The translations under genes and the position numbers were made by a program. Below are positions 27,795 to 39,294 of a stretch of 64,000 bases of DNA, piece after piece (positions within the stretch are counted from its first letter, which is position 1; every line of letters begins with the position of its first letter). Origin of the DNA: an uncultured Lachnospiraceae bacterium. GTDB taxonomy: Bacteria; Bacillota; Clostridia; Lachnospirales; Lachnospiraceae. Below the pieces are notes generated by a model. The model was not told where the DNA came from, made no database searches, and saw only the letters and a list, made by a program, of their open reading frames with translations. The stretch spans positions 39,120 through 103,119 of the forward strand of contig CANQEL010000003.1 of assembly GCA_947594855.1 (NCBI GenBank). Direction: 5' to 3'.

Positions 27795-29042
27795 ATGAAA
27801 ATGAAATTAAGCAAGAAGTTCAAATCCGTAGCTTCTATTGCTCTTGCAGCAGTACTTGCTGTTCCTGTTGTTGCTGCTCCGTCAAATGCGGACGCCGCTA
27901 AGAAAATGTCTTTTACTAAAAAGTCATTATCTATTGAAACAGGCACATCAAAGACAGTTAAAGTAAAGAACTGCAAGAAAAAAGCTAAATCAAAATGGAG
28001 TTCAAGCAAAAAAACAGTTGCTACAGTTACAAAGAACAAAGCTAAGGCAAACGTTGCAACTGTAAAGGGTGTTGGGGCAGGTAATGCTACAATAACATGT
28101 AAAGTTGGCAAGAAGTCTGCTAAACTTACAGTTAAAGTTAAGAACAAAGTCAATAGTGTAGCAATCTCAGGAGCTAATGAGGTTAAGGCAGGCGCAAAGA
28201 TTACTCTTACTGCAAAGATTAACGGAAATACAACTGCCGCATATGCTGCCAACCAGTCTGTAAAATGGACTTCAGACGATTCAAAAATTGCTAAAGTAAG
28301 CAAGAAAAATATCAACACTGCTACTGTTTCAGGCGTTAAAGCCGGAAGCACTAATATCAAGTGTACAGTAGGCGGAAAGACAGCGTCTATCAAGATTACC
28401 GTATCAGGAACAAGCGCTAACAAGGGCGGAAGCAGCAGTAAAGACAATCCTGTACCTACTTATCCGCCGGGATATGTATACAAGCAGAGATCCAAGATGG
28501 TAACAAGATGGTATAATCCTGGAAATCAGAACGGACATCCACATGACGGATATAAGAATAACGACTTCGCTATCTGGATGGTTGGTTTCTTTGACAACGA
28601 TTACGATTCAACCAATGACGAAGTACTTAACAAGGGCATATATGGTCCTGCACTTGACGATTGCAAGGGCAAAGCTCTTACTATAAAGGGTCAGTTCATG
28701 TATGAAGGCCGCGACCAGAAAACAGTCCTTCTTCAGATTAACTACACCAGTCCTGCAGAGTATCCTATTGTTTGGAAATGGGAGAAAGGCGCTGATAAAC
28801 AGCCTAATAACTTCGCTGCCGGCCTTAAGATGAAAGGTGTAAACGGTTCTCCTGAAGCTAATCACGGCGTATGGTATGATGTTAATGCTACATTTACAAT
28901 TCCTACTGACGCTAAAAACGGTGATAAGGATGAGAATGGTAAGCCATATGGTATTTATATGTACTTCCCTAACAAACCTAACAATCAGCTTTTATACACC
29001 AGCGATAACACATTCCACTTCAGAAACTTTGAAATAAAGTAA
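27795..29042 (+). CDS. secreted protein with two Big_2-like Ig domains and an unassigned ~200-aa C-terminal domain
   Basis: Signal peptide ending SNADA. Two K/T/A-rich repeats of the Big_2 type (TVKVKN...KWSSSKKTVATV; KWTSDDSKIAKV). The C-terminal Trp/Tyr-rich domain may be a carbohydrate-binding jelly roll; this is unverified. Confidence 0.65.
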   Translation: MKMKLSKKFKSVASIALAAVLAVPVVAAPSNADAAKKMSFTKKSLSIETGTSKTVKVKNCKKKAKSKWSSSKKTVATVTKNKAKANVATVKGVGAGNATITCKVGKKSAKLTVKVKNKVNSVAISGANEVKAGAKITLTAKINGNTTAAYAANQSVKWTSDDSKIAKVSKKNINTATVSGVKAGSTNIKCTVGGKTASIKITVSGTSANKGGSSSKDNPVPTYPPGYVYKQRSKMVTRWYNPGNQNGHPHDGYKNNDFAIWMVGFFDNDYDSTNDEVLNKGIYGPALDDCKGKALTIKGQFMYEGRDQKTVLLQINYTSPAEYPIVWKWEKGADKQPNNFAAGLKMKGVNGSPEANHGVWYDVNATFTIPTDAKNGDKDENGKPYGIYMYFPNKPNNQLLYTSDNTFHFRNFEIK

Positions 29043-29071
29043 ATAATATTTATTTATAATTATTCATTAAT

Positions 29072-29106
29072 ATGACGGGGCTGTAATGGCTCCGTCATAT
29101 TTTATC
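29072..29106 (+). terminator. rho-independent terminator
   Basis: ATGACGG...CCGTCAT hairpin followed by ATTTTAT. Confidence 0.5.
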
Positions 29107-29128
29107 GTTTTATTTAATGGAGGACAGT

Positions 29129-30088
29129 ATGAAAATAGTATTTCTTGAAACAGATACCCTGGGAACTGATATTGATTTTTCAGCATTTGATAATCTCGGC
29201 GACGTTACAATGTACAAACGTTCAGACCCCGCCCTTAATGCTGACAGGGCGGCCCCTGCAGATATTATAGTTGTTAATAAGATTCCAGTCGGAGAAGATT
29301 TATTAAAGAATTCAAAGAACCTTAAATTAATTGCGGCATCGGCCACAGGAACCAATAATATAGATTTTGAATATACTAATGCCCATGGGATAAAAGTTGC
29401 AAATGCAAGGAATTATTCTACCGATTCAGTAGTTCAGCATACGTTTGCATTACTATTTTACCTTTATGAGAAACTGCATTTTTACGATAGATTTGTAAAA
29501 AGCGGCGAATATTCCGAATATCCTTTATTTTCATGCTTTGTTCCATATTTTAATGAACTTGCAGGTAAAACCTTCGGAATAATCGGGCTTGGAAAAATCG
29601 GAAGCGCTGTAGCCCGCATAGCTAAAGCATTTGGATGCCGGGTAATATATTATTCCACAAGCGGCAATAATGATAATCCTGAATTTACACGGTGCGATTA
29701 TGATACTCTGCTTACCAGGTCCGATATAATATCCATTCATTGTCCGCTTAATAAAGATACTTTTAATCTTGTTGATTCAAGAGCGTTTAATCTTATGAAA
29801 AAAGACGCCATATTGCTTAATCTTGCAAGAGGTCCGGTAATAGATGAAAATGCCCTCGCAGATGCGCTTATCAACAACCGTATAGGGGCTGCAGGGCTTG
29901 ATGTGCTTTGTAATGAACCTATTCCAAATAACAGTCCTTTACTAAAAATACAAGACAGCACACGGCTTATAATCACTCCCCACATGGCATGGGGAACAGT
30001 TGAAGCCAGAAAACGCTGTCTTGATGAAGTATATAAAAATATAGAAGCTTTCCTCTCCGGCACTGAGCGCAATATAGTTACTTCATAA
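29129..30088 (+). CDS. D-isomer-specific 2-hydroxyacid dehydrogenase (glycerate/hydroxypyruvate reductase-like)
   Basis: NAD fold GIIGLGKIGSAVA; catalytic-region LLNLARG and TPHMAW. GGAGGA RBS before ATG 29129. Confidence 0.85.
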   Translation: MKIVFLETDTLGTDIDFSAFDNLGDVTMYKRSDPALNADRAAPADIIVVNKIPVGEDLLKNSKNLKLIAASATGTNNIDFEYTNAHGIKVANARNYSTDSVVQHTFALLFYLYEKLHFYDRFVKSGEYSEYPLFSCFVPYFNELAGKTFGIIGLGKIGSAVARIAKAFGCRVIYYSTSGNNDNPEFTRCDYDTLLTRSDIISIHCPLNKDTFNLVDSRAFNLMKKDAILLNLARGPVIDENALADALINNRIGAAGLDVLCNEPIPNNSPLLKIQDSTRLIITPHMAWGTVEARKRCLDEVYKNIEAFLSGTERNIVTS

Positions 30089-30104
30089 TATACTTAACGG
30101 TACA

Positions 30105-31967
30105 TTACTTTTTCCACTTTATTTTTGATAATTTTACCGCACATATCCTGTCCATTTTATATGGGCAGGAACTTATATGCGCAGATTCAAATGACACATA
30201 CAGATACTTACCTCGTAATGCTATTCCTTCCATCATAGGCGGCATTGTAAGTTTTCCAGTACATTTCTTGCGCTTTACCTTTCCCAGTGATTTTTGTGAC
30301 CAGTCCAGCTTATATCTTTCCATTCTTGAAATATAATATTTATTGCTTGCAGATACCTGATTCGACCTTGATATTATAATTGTTTTTTTACCTGTAAACT
30401 CTACATCCTGTGTTCTTGACGGAATACCCATAACATATTTATGCGTAAGTGAAGGCTGTGACGATTTGTTATTTATCTGATACCCATGCATTTTGGCGCT
30501 CTTAGTTTCCTTATGCTCACCTACCCATAAAATATCATTATAATATGATATAAATGACGCCTGCACTGCTGTAGGATATTTTCCATAATATGATACAAAT
30601 ACTGCATCTGTTCCTGATATTGCCGCCTGTTCTACCGAGCTGTATGGGAAACAGCTTACGGATGTTCCGGTAGATACCCATATATTATTTCCATCATATG
30701 CAATACCTCCTACATGATAACTGTCAGGCAGTACAAGCGTAGTTATATACTGTCCGGTGCTGCGTTTAATAACATACACCACGGAACGTTCCTCACCTTT
30801 ACCGTCATAAGCCGAAATCAACATATACCTTTCTGCAAAACATACCGACTGCAGAATCATATTATTACTCTCAAATCCGTATACGTTTGTACTCTTTATA
30901 CCCGGAACAATTACATTTTTATTAATGGTTATACGACTCGCAAATTCCTTATATTTTTTAAACAAAGCAGATTTTTTAAGTTTTTTATTAGTTTTATATA
31001 CTGCCGGCTCTACAGAAGTTCTGGATGTACCGGTTGTAGTCGCAGACACTTCATTAGAAGGCTGTGACATATATTCTGTTCCATTATACGATTTGTAACC
31101 TACAAGCCTGAAGCTGTATGGCATATACTGCGCCAGGTTAAGCTGTATATATTCTGACATATTAATATCATTTATTCTTGATATCTCCTGGTACATACCA
31201 TACATATCTTTTAAATAAAGTATATATCCGCTCCCTGCAGCATCTTTCATTGTCCATCTGAACCTTACACGGCCGTCTCCGCCTTTACACTGTGAAATAT
31301 ACGGCGTATTAGGACAGGTTGCAGTTATTACTGATGCCTGATTATTACTTATTATCTTAATATTGCTGACATATGCCGCTACCTTATAAGTATATCCGCA
31401 TGCAGGCTGTACCGATGTGTCTGTGTATGAATTGGTTTTGGAGATGCCCACCTGTACCTGTACTTCCGTTCCTTCAGCAATCCTATATATAACATACTCA
31501 GCATCATCTGAAACCTTATTCCAGTTCAGAACAACTTCATCAGCGCTTGTTCTGTCCACAACAAGTCCGGCAACATCATCAGGCCGTGTTCCCGTTTCAA
31601 ACATTTCTGAAAAATTACCAAATACTTTTTCACCATTTTCATCATATTTATAAGGTCTTATAAGAAAAGTAAACTTCTTTCCCTGTTCAAGATTTTCTAT
31701 CTTATATTCATTCTTTTCAGTCTCATCAATGAGGTCATAACTGTTCGTAGACACATTAAGCTGCCAGACTTCGTATTTTTCCGCATCTTCTACTTTATCC
31801 CAGCCGAAATAAATCATATTTTCACTATAGGATATGTCATGTAAATTAGTTACACGCACCTCTGAGAAACTTATTGAATCAGCATATACACAAACCGGAA
31901 ACAATGCCAGAAAGCATACGCTTAAAAAAGCAACCATGAATTTACCAAAAAAACGCATATTCATCAA
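30105..31967 (-). CDS. secreted protein with fibronectin-III-like repeats and an uncharacterised C-terminal (propeller-like?) domain
   Basis: Signal peptide ...CVYADS. Three repeats of the type W..V.DAE.Y.(V/I)(W/Y). The C-terminal ~270 aa belong to no family I recognise. Confidence 0.6.
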   Translation of the reverse strand: MMNMRFFGKFMVAFLSVCFLALFPVCVYADSISFSEVRVTNLHDISYSENMIYFGWDKVEDAEKYEVWQLNVSTNSYDLIDETEKNEYKIENLEQGKKFTFLIRPYKYDENGEKVFGNFSEMFETGTRPDDVAGLVVDRTSADEVVLNWNKVSDDAEYVIYRIAEGTEVQVQVGISKTNSYTDTSVQPACGYTYKVAAYVSNIKIISNNQASVITATCPNTPYISQCKGGDGRVRFRWTMKDAAGSGYILYLKDMYGMYQEISRINDINMSEYIQLNLAQYMPYSFRLVGYKSYNGTEYMSQPSNEVSATTTGTSRTSVEPAVYKTNKKLKKSALFKKYKEFASRITINKNVIVPGIKSTNVYGFESNNMILQSVCFAERYMLISAYDGKGEERSVVYVIKRSTGQYITTLVLPDSYHVGGIAYDGNNIWVSTGTSVSCFPYSSVEQAAISGTDAVFVSYYGKYPTAVQASFISYYNDILWVGEHKETKSAKMHGYQINNKSSQPSLTHKYVMGIPSRTQDVEFTGKKTIIISRSNQVSASNKYYISRMERYKLDWSQKSLGKVKRKKCTGKLTMPPMMEGIALRGKYLYVSFESAHISSCPYKMDRICAVKLSKIKWKK

Positions 31968-32132
31968 TCTCCTCGTAAGTATATTATTTGCTTAACGCAA
32001 CATATAATATAATTGTCAAATTATGTGTCATTCATATGGCTTTTCTCTATTTAATTAAAATTTTGCCAGTTTCAAACATTTATGTTATTATAAATGACAG
32101 CAAAAGAAAAACAAACCGGCAAGGAGTATAAA

Positions 32133-32909
32133 ATGCAGGACAGACACATCAGGAAAATAGAGGAACTTTCAATGAATGCATGGCCGTCTTATAAGATAGA
32201 ACTTTTTGACAAGTGGCTTATAAGATTTTCCCATCAATATACGTACAGAACCAACTGTGTAGAACAGATTGGTGAATCAAGCATACCCATTCCTGAGAAA
32301 GTACGTTACTGTGAACAGATATATTCCGAATATAATACTCCCTGCAGTTTTAAAATAAGTCCTGTAGTTCCCAATGATTTTGACGAATTTCTAAGAGATT
32401 CAGGATATGATATACGTCATGTTACTAATGTAATGACAATGACGCTTAATGGATACAAACCGGTAACAGATAACAATTCCATAGTAACCATAAGCGATAC
32501 AATTACAGACGACTGGATAACACAGCTTTTTACCCTTAACCACACAACTAATCCTGTCCACCTGAAAATAGTTCCGGGTATGTTTAAAGCTATTCCTAAA
32601 AAAACTATTGTTGCATCTGTAATTAAAAACGGAAAAATGGCAGCTTCCGGGCTTGGTATTCTTGACAGAGACGATCTTGGAATATATGCAATATATACTT
32701 CAGAGAATTTCCGGCGGCTTGGATACGCATATGCAATATGTAACGCCATACTGGAACGCGGAATATCAATGGGAGCAGGTTATTCTTATCTTCAGGTAGT
32801 AAAAGATAATGATTCTGCCGTTTCACTATACCAAAAGCTGGGTTTTAAATATGATTACACTTACTGGTTCCGTTCAAAGAACGTAGGAAAGGAATATAAT
32901 AATGAATAA
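32133..32909 (+). CDS. GNAT-family N-acetyltransferase
   Basis: AAGGAG RBS. C-terminal acetyl-CoA motif region FRRLGYAYAICNAILERG...LYQKLGF. Confidence 0.75.
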   Translation: MQDRHIRKIEELSMNAWPSYKIELFDKWLIRFSHQYTYRTNCVEQIGESSIPIPEKVRYCEQIYSEYNTPCSFKISPVVPNDFDEFLRDSGYDIRHVTNVMTMTLNGYKPVTDNNSIVTISDTITDDWITQLFTLNHTTNPVHLKIVPGMFKAIPKKTIVASVIKNGKMAASGLGILDRDDLGIYAIYTSENFRRLGYAYAICNAILERGISMGAGYSYLQVVKDNDSAVSLYQKLGFKYDYTYWFRSKNVGKEYNNE

Positions 32910-33573
32910 ACGGTTATTTCTTTTAATTTTTATCATTACTCCAATACTGTCAGTATTAACTTCCGGTAATAATATATATGCTTCTGATAATACAAATATT
33001 TTCAGCAATGATAAATATTCTGTTTTCGTACCATCCTCATTTTCTGTGGACTCAGAAAGCATTGCTGATTATACATCCTTCTATAAGGACAATGTAACTA
33101 TAGGCATAAGCACTCTTAATAATACCAAATTTGAAGATGTTGCAAAGTATACTGAAACACAGATTTCTGACATCGCAAAGGAAACACTTGACTCTCTTAA
33201 AGCGCAAAATGCATCCAATATAAAAATAACAAAACACGAAATAATTGCTTTTTCTGATAACAATTATCCTTCAGTACATATCATATATGAAGGGAATTCT
33301 GAAAGCGGCGTACCGGTATACATGGAAGAATATATTGTAACTACTTTAAATTATAAATATACCATTGTCCTTTACACCGATACGGCAGAAAGTATTAATA
33401 ATGATGACGTTATTGCTATTACAAGCAGTTTCACGGTATTAGACGACCTTATAACACACACTGAACCGGCAGATACCGGTTCAGTGCTTACGATACTTAT
33501 TATATCGGGTATAGCAGTATTGACAGTGCTTGCTGCAGCGCTGTTTATAATCGTAAAATATAAAAAACGTTAA
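32902..33573 (+). CDS. hypothetical exported protein with a C-terminal membrane anchor
   Basis: N-terminal signal sequence, C-terminal TM VLTILIISGIAVLTVLAAALFIIV followed by KYKKR. Confidence 0.55.
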   Translation: MNKRLFLLIFIITPILSVLTSGNNIYASDNTNIFSNDKYSVFVPSSFSVDSESIADYTSFYKDNVTIGISTLNNTKFEDVAKYTETQISDIAKETLDSLKAQNASNIKITKHEIIAFSDNNYPSVHIIYEGNSESGVPVYMEEYIVTTLNYKYTIVLYTDTAESINNDDVIAITSSFTVLDDLITHTEPADTGSVLTILIISGIAVLTVLAAALFIIVKYKKR

Positions 33574-34130
33574 TCTATTATCTTTATTGTATTAATAACA
33601 GGCTGGCTATCTACTGCGACACTTCCGTTATCATCAGTAACTACAGCCTCCTCACATATCTTATCTACTATGTCCATTCCTTCGGTAACATGACCGAATG
33701 CTGCATAATCTCCGTCAAGATATGTTGCGTCCTGATGCATTATAAAAAACTGTGACGTTGCCCCATCATAATCCGAAGCTCGCGCCATGGATATTACTCC
33801 GCGTTTATGGCTTATATTATTCTCAATTCCATTATTTTTAAACTCACCTTTAATGGAATCACACGCTCCGCCGGCTCCGCCCTGCATCATAAATCCTTTA
33901 ATTATTCTGTGAAAAGTAAGTCCATCATAGAACCCTTCATTAGCAAGCTTCATAAAATTCTCAACGGTTATTGGCGCCTCACCTGCATCAAGCTCCACGG
34001 TTATTACACCATAATCCTTGATATCAATCTGCGCATGATGCAATTCTGAACTCTTTTCTTTTTTTTCACACCCTGATATCATTACTGCAATAAGCAGCAC
34101 GGCAAGTAAAAAAATCCCTGTCTTTTTCAT
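33570..34130 (-). CDS. cyclophilin-type peptidyl-prolyl isomerase, lipoprotein
   Basis: Lipobox ISGCEK; FHRIIKGFMMQGG and SMAR...SQFFI motifs. Confidence 0.9.
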   Translation of the reverse strand: MKKTGIFLLAVLLIAVMISGCEKKEKSSELHHAQIDIKDYGVITVELDAGEAPITVENFMKLANEGFYDGLTFHRIIKGFMMQGGAGGACDSIKGEFKNNGIENNISHKRGVISMARASDYDGATSQFFIMHQDATYLDGDYAAFGHVTEGMDIVDKICEEAVVTDDNGSVAVDSQPVINTIKIID

Positions 34131-34286
34131 ATTTTTGTATCTCCTTTAATAACATTATGAGTATAAGTATAGCATATATTTTCCTAATTATAAACGTTTA
34201 TATCATAAATATCAAAAAAACCCTTGCCTTTTAGCCATACTTTTGATATGTTCATAGTTAGAATTGAAATAAAGGGAGGCAGTTTT

Positions 34287-34589
34287 ATGCAGGAATATGA
34301 ATTTGAAGATGATGAGGAGCTTACAGTACTTCTTACACTCGAAGATGATACCGAACTTGAATGTGACGTCATTTTAATATTTGAACTAGAAGGACAGGAT
34401 TATGTGGCCTTATATCCAAGCTCAGGAGAGCCTGATGAAATATATCTGTTCAGATGTACTTACAATGGTGGCGACGACCTCGAAATCGAAGATATTGAAG
34501 ATGAAGATGAATACAACAGCGTAGCGGAAGCATTTGATCAGATTATGGAAGAAGATGAATGGAACGACCTGCTCGGTTATGATGACTAA
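34287..34589 (+). CDS. DUF1292 family protein
   Basis: GGGAGG RBS. Acidic 100-aa protein with the LEGQDYVALYP...EIYLFR pattern typical of DUF1292. Confidence 0.75.
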   Translation: MQEYEFEDDEELTVLLTLEDDTELECDVILIFELEGQDYVALYPSSGEPDEIYLFRCTYNGGDDLEIEDIEDEDEYNSVAEAFDQIMEEDEWNDLLGYDD

Positions 34590-36400
34590 CCACGCATTAT
34601 CTCTTCAATAAATCTTGAAGGCTTTAAATCATGGTTGTACCTGTTTTTTGCAAAAAACAGGTGCAGCCTTTCTTTTGCCCTTGTCATACCTACATATAAC
34701 AGCCTTCTTTCCTCCTCTATATTATTTTCCGGAGCAGCCGTTTTATATGGTATGATATCCTCGTTTACTTCTGCAATAATAACATTTCTGTACTCAAGCC
34801 CTTTTGAGCCGTGCAGCGTCATAAGAGATACGGCATTATCGGAAGAATTGTTACTTTTCCTTAATTTCTCTGCATATTCACCCGTACTAGCAATCCAGTC
34901 ACGCATATCGTTATATTCTTCTGCCATATCGCACAGTTTTTCATATATTTCATTAAGATTAGCGGCATCTATACCCTTATAATCTGCATACTCCTTAAGG
35001 TAATCTCCATATCCCACAACTTTCTGTATATAGCGCACCGCCCGTTTTGGCGTCATCTTTGACATCACTTTTATATCAGCCTTCATCTGATATATTCTTG
35101 AAACAACCCACGGCTTATCATCATAAAGAGCTGCCAGTTCATCATATTTTATTTTTGACGGATTGATATTCTCCCTTGAAAGGTATCTCTTTGGTTTATT
35201 CATTATCCTCATAAAATCTCTTCCGCTTTCTGAACCAAGCGCAAGTTTTATATATGCAAATATATCAAGGGCAATCCAGTGCTCATATATATTAGGTATA
35301 CTGTCCCTGATACATATCGGTATGTTGTATTCAAGAAATTTATTTATGACAGGCTGCATCTGCATATTGGTCCTGTAGAGTATGGCTATATCATCATATC
35401 TTACGCCGCGTTCTGCATATTCCATAACAAGCTTTACTATCGCTTCATTTTCCTGCGCTACATTTTTAAACCCGCGTATATCAACAGGACTGCCGCATGA
35501 TTTATCTGCCACAATCCGTTTATTATACCTGAGTTTATTATTATTTATAAGTTTGAGGGATGTATCCACAATATTCTTACTGCACCTGTAATTAACATCC
35601 AGCTTTATGATATCCGCGCCCTGATAGTTTTTAGTAAAATCAAGCATAATGTTAGGGTCCGAACCTCTGAAACCATATATTGACTGGTCATCATCACCAA
35701 CTGCAAAAAGATTATTTTCGGGAAGCGCAATCATTTTAATAATCTGATACTGAATTAGATTAATATCCTGAAATTCATCAATAAGTATATATGTAAATCT
35801 CTGCTGCCATCTTGCCAGAATATCCCCGCGAGCCAGAAAGAGCTGTTTTGTATACAGCATCATATCATCAAAATCAAGCTTTCTGTTTTTCTTAAGGTAT
35901 CTGTCATATTCCATATAGATATGCTTAAATTCCTCAGCAGGATATTTTAATGCATAATAACTGTCTATATCATAACCCCCGGATTTTACGAGACTTATTT
36001 CATTAATAATATCCTTCAGCAAATCGGAATTGTCTTCCAGGATTGTTCCTGATTTTTCCGCTGCTGATGCAATAAACCTGCGTTTATCATCTTCCTTGAT
36101 AATATCAGCCGCCGAAAATCCATATGCATTTTTCAGAATATAAAAGAAAATACTGTGAAAGGTTCCGAATGTCACTCCTGTCTTTCCACCGGAGCGCTCA
36201 TATCTCTGTCTCATCTCTTCGGCTGCCGCCCTTGTAAATGTTACAACAAGAATATTTCCCGAGCTTATGTTACATTCATTTATTAGAAATTGCACACGCC
36301 CGGTAATAACCCTTGTTTTACCCGAACCGGGTCCCGCCAATACCAGTGCCGGACCGGCGGTATGGCGGACAGCCCTGTTCTGTGCATCATTAAACTGCAT
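34586..36400 (-). CDS. UvrD/PcrA-family ATP-dependent DNA helicase (short form)
   Basis: Walker [45 protein letters not shown] motifs. Confidence 0.85.
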   Translation of the reverse strand: MQFNDAQNRAVRHTAGPALVLAGPGSGKTRVITGRVQFLINECNISSGNILVVTFTRAAAEEMRQRYERSGGKTGVTFGTFHSIFFYILKNAYGFSAADIIKEDDKRRFIASAAEKSGTILEDNSDLLKDIINEISLVKSGGYDIDSYYALKYPAEEFKHIYMEYDRYLKKNRKLDFDDMMLYTKQLFLARGDILARWQQRFTYILIDEFQDINLIQYQIIKMIALPENNLFAVGDDDQSIYGFRGSDPNIMLDFTKNYQGADIIKLDVNYRCSKNIVDTSLKLINNNKLRYNKRIVADKSCGSPVDIRGFKNVAQENEAIVKLVMEYAERGVRYDDIAILYRTNMQMQPVINKFLEYNIPICIRDSIPNIYEHWIALDIFAYIKLALGSESGRDFMRIMNKPKRYLSRENINPSKIKYDELAALYDDKPWVVSRIYQMKADIKVMSKMTPKRAVRYIQKVVGYGDYLKEYADYKGIDAANLNEIYEKLCDMAEEYNDMRDWIASTGEYAEKLRKSNNSSDNAVSLMTLHGSKGLEYRNVIIAEVNEDIIPYKTAAPENNIEEERRLLYVGMTRAKERLHLFFAKNRYNHDLKPSRFIEEIMRG

Positions 36401-37865
36401 TAATACTCTCCTCAAGCATATCTATGCCTGTCCGTATTCTTTTCAAAGATTCTTCCTTTCCGAGAATCTCCATAATCTCATATGCCCCTCCCGGAGTCAT
36501 CTGCTTACCTGATACAGCGGTTCTTAAAGGCCACAGCGCCTGTCCGTTCTTAATACCCTTTTCCTGTACATAACCCATTACAGCTTCAGTAATGGCGTCT
36601 ATTGAAAATTCTTTAAGATTCTCAATCACCGGAAGCATATCCTTAAGTACGGCAAGCGAATTTTCTGAGTTGGTTTTCATTTTCTTATGCGTATACATGG
36701 ATACGTCATAATCACAAAGTTCCTCAAAGAAGTCAATCTTTTCCGGTATATCTGGAAATACCTCAATACGGCTCTTACACAAATCAGCAATCTTCTTAAG
36801 GTCAAGGTCGTTCCTTTTAATAACGCTTTTTACCTGCGGAAGCGCATATTCATAATATTTTTCATTATCAAGCGCCTTAATATATTCACCATTCATCCAT
36901 TTAAGCTTCTGTATATCAAATACAGCCGGCGACTTGCTTATTCTCCTGTAATCAAATATTTTAATAAGCTCCTCAAGGGAATATATTTCTCTATCTTCCG
37001 AAGGACTCCATCCAAGAAGCGCAACGTAATTAACTATAGCCTCAGGCAGAAATCCAAGTTCTATAAGGTCCTCAAACGAAGCATCTCCCCTTCTCTTGGA
37101 AAGTTTCTTATGCTCCTCATCAGTAATTACAGGGCAGTGGATATATACCGGAATCTCCCATCCAAAAGCTTCATACAGACGATTGTATTTCGGCGCTGAT
37201 GAAAGATATTCGTTCCCTCTTACCACATGCGTTATCTTCATAAGGTGATCATCAACAACATTGGCAAAATTATATGTCGGATAACCATCCGATTTTATAA
37301 GTATCATATCATCAAGTTCAGCATTATCCACAGTTATATCACCATAAATAATATCTGAAAAAACCGTACTTCCTGAATCCGGATTATTCTGCCTTATTAC
37401 ATAAGGCTCGCCTGCAGCAAGCTTTTTCTCTACTTCTTCTTTTGAAAGTCCCAGACAATGCTTGTCATATTTGGCAGTTTCCTTTCCGTTTTCATTTACC
37501 GAATCAGCACGCAGCTTATCAAGCCTCTCCTTAGTACAGAAACAGTAATACGCTTCTCCTTTCTCAACAAGCTGTTTGGCGTAAGAAAGATACAGACCTG
37601 ATTTAACGCGTTCACTCTGTACATACGGGCCGTATCCTCCGTCTTTACCCGGTCCCTCATCATATACCAGTCCTGCAAGCGCCATAGTATTGTTAATTAC
37701 ATCTATCGCGCCTTCCACATATCTTTCCGTATCCGTATCTTCTATCCTGAACAGAAAGTCTCCGCCTTCATGCTTTGCAATCAGGAACTCATATAATGCC
37801 GTCCTCAGATTGCCAACATGCATTTTACCTGTAGGACTTGGCGCATACCTTGTCCTTATTCCCAT
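36390..37865 (-). CDS. gltX: glutamate--tRNA ligase
   Basis: [20 protein letters not shown] (HIGH region) and KLSKR (KMSKS). Confidence 0.95.
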   Translation of the reverse strand: MGIRTRYAPSPTGKMHVGNLRTALYEFLIAKHEGGDFLFRIEDTDTERYVEGAIDVINNTMALAGLVYDEGPGKDGGYGPYVQSERVKSGLYLSYAKQLVEKGEAYYCFCTKERLDKLRADSVNENGKETAKYDKHCLGLSKEEVEKKLAAGEPYVIRQNNPDSGSTVFSDIIYGDITVDNAELDDMILIKSDGYPTYNFANVVDDHLMKITHVVRGNEYLSSAPKYNRLYEAFGWEIPVYIHCPVITDEEHKKLSKRRGDASFEDLIELGFLPEAIVNYVALLGWSPSEDREIYSLEELIKIFDYRRISKSPAVFDIQKLKWMNGEYIKALDNEKYYEYALPQVKSVIKRNDLDLKKIADLCKSRIEVFPDIPEKIDFFEELCDYDVSMYTHKKMKTNSENSLAVLKDMLPVIENLKEFSIDAITEAVMGYVQEKGIKNGQALWPLRTAVSGKQMTPGGAYEIMEILGKEESLKRIRTGIDMLEESINAV

Positions 37866-37892
37866 AAAACCTCTTCCTTTCAATAAAACTGA

Positions 37893-39146
37893 TTATTCTT
37901 TTGCCGCTGCATCATATACTGCATAATAACATGGTTTTGCCTTCATATCTTCATCATATAACAGCGGATAGCTTGTTTCATTCTTATTTGCCGTAAGCCA
38001 AGTGGTTGCATCGCTCAATCCCCAGAATGTAACGCTTGTTATATTGGCATTGCCTGAATCTTTCATCTCTGCAAGCATCTTAAACATATCCCCATATACT
38101 TCAGCCTGTGCGGCAAGGCCTTCCTCTGAATTGTCCGGATTATGCAGGTCAAGCTCAGTAAGCTGAATTTCTATACCCGGAATCTGTGCGAATTTGAATA
38201 TTGTACCCTTAATGCTGTCAACTGATACATATTTCATATCGTGATGTGACTGCATTCCTATTCCATCTAAAAGCCCTTTTTCTGCAAGAGGATATGCAGC
38301 CGCATACATGCTGGCGCGTTTGCTTTCAGATGTAGTATTATAATCATTCAGAAAAAGCTTAACACCGTCTTCGGCGTACTCTCTGGCATACTTAAATGCT
38401 TTCTCAATGTATTCCTCTCCTATTATCTCATACCACGGGCTGTCTGTCCTGTAACCGCCCTCCGGGTCATCACTGAAAGCCTCATTTACAACGTCCCACG
38501 CATATATAAGTCCCGGATGGCTTTCCTGGCAATACGTCATGACTTTTCCGATATATGCTTTCATTCTCTTAAGCATTGTCTTTTTATTTACATATTCTTT
38601 GCTTGTATCGTAATCTTCATAAAAAAGCCACTCAGGAGTCTGGCTGTGCCATACAAGCGTGTGCCCTCTCATCTTAAGACCCGCATCCTCTGCCATAGTC
38701 ATAATACGTTCCAGAGTGTCCACTTTAATCTGAGGCATCCCGTCTTCTGCATTTAAAGTTGCATCATAATCAAGGATATAATCAGGTTTCATCTCATTCT
38801 CACACGTAATGCTTGAAAAATCCTTTGTAATAATATCAAGCGTTTCCTTATCTTCAAGCTGCCAGCTGTTTACTGCAGCGCCTATAAGGAATCTGTCCGC
38901 ATATGCATCTTTAATACTCAAATCAGCAGAATCCCTGCTGCTGTAATCATCTGACGAAGTATTTTCCGGTTCATCTGTCGCCGTCTGCTCTTCTGCGTCA
39001 GCAGTAGCAGACGTTTCCGGAGATGCTGTTTCAGCGGCATTATTCCCTGACTGCTTATCACATCCCGTAAAAACAAATGACATCATAAGTAAAACAGCTA
39101 TACCTAATGACCATGCTTTTTTCATTTTCAAATTCATATTTACCAT
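37893..39146 (-). CDS. endo-1,4-beta-xylanase, GH10, lipoprotein
   Basis: Lipobox FTGCDK. GHTLVWHSQTPEW, WDVVNEA (acid/base Glu) and IQLTELD (nucleophile Glu). Confidence 0.9.
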   Translation of the reverse strand: MVNMNLKMKKAWSLGIAVLLMMSFVFTGCDKQSGNNAAETASPETSATADAEEQTATDEPENTSSDDYSSRDSADLSIKDAYADRFLIGAAVNSWQLEDKETLDIITKDFSSITCENEMKPDYILDYDATLNAEDGMPQIKVDTLERIMTMAEDAGLKMRGHTLVWHSQTPEWLFYEDYDTSKEYVNKKTMLKRMKAYIGKVMTYCQESHPGLIYAWDVVNEAFSDDPEGGYRTDSPWYEIIGEEYIEKAFKYAREYAEDGVKLFLNDYNTTSESKRASMYAAAYPLAEKGLLDGIGMQSHHDMKYVSVDSIKGTIFKFAQIPGIEIQLTELDLHNPDNSEEGLAAQAEVYGDMFKMLAEMKDSGNANITSVTFWGLSDATTWLTANKNETSYPLLYDEDMKAKPCYYAVYDAAAKE

Positions 39147-39294
39147 TCCCCTTTTATATTTTATTCAGTTATTGCAACTATCTAATAATATAACTTACAT
39201 CTCAATTTGTGGCAATATATTTTCCATTAAAATATTGACATATTTACCGAAAAATGTTACTACAGTTATATAATTTATTAGGAGGTACATATTT

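Noticed and set aside
27782-28447. 221-aa minus-strand ORF opposite the Big_2 protein gene.
   Set aside because: It is an artefact of the biased K/A/T/S codon usage of the plus-strand gene. The plus-strand product has a signal peptide and recognisable Ig-like repeats.
36687-37199. 170-aa plus-strand ORF inside gltX. Similar antisense ORFs occur inside the helicase, dnaK, dnaX, xylB and metY genes.
   Set aside because: All are antisense to genes with unmistakable motifs. The products have low-complexity composition and lack RBS sequences.
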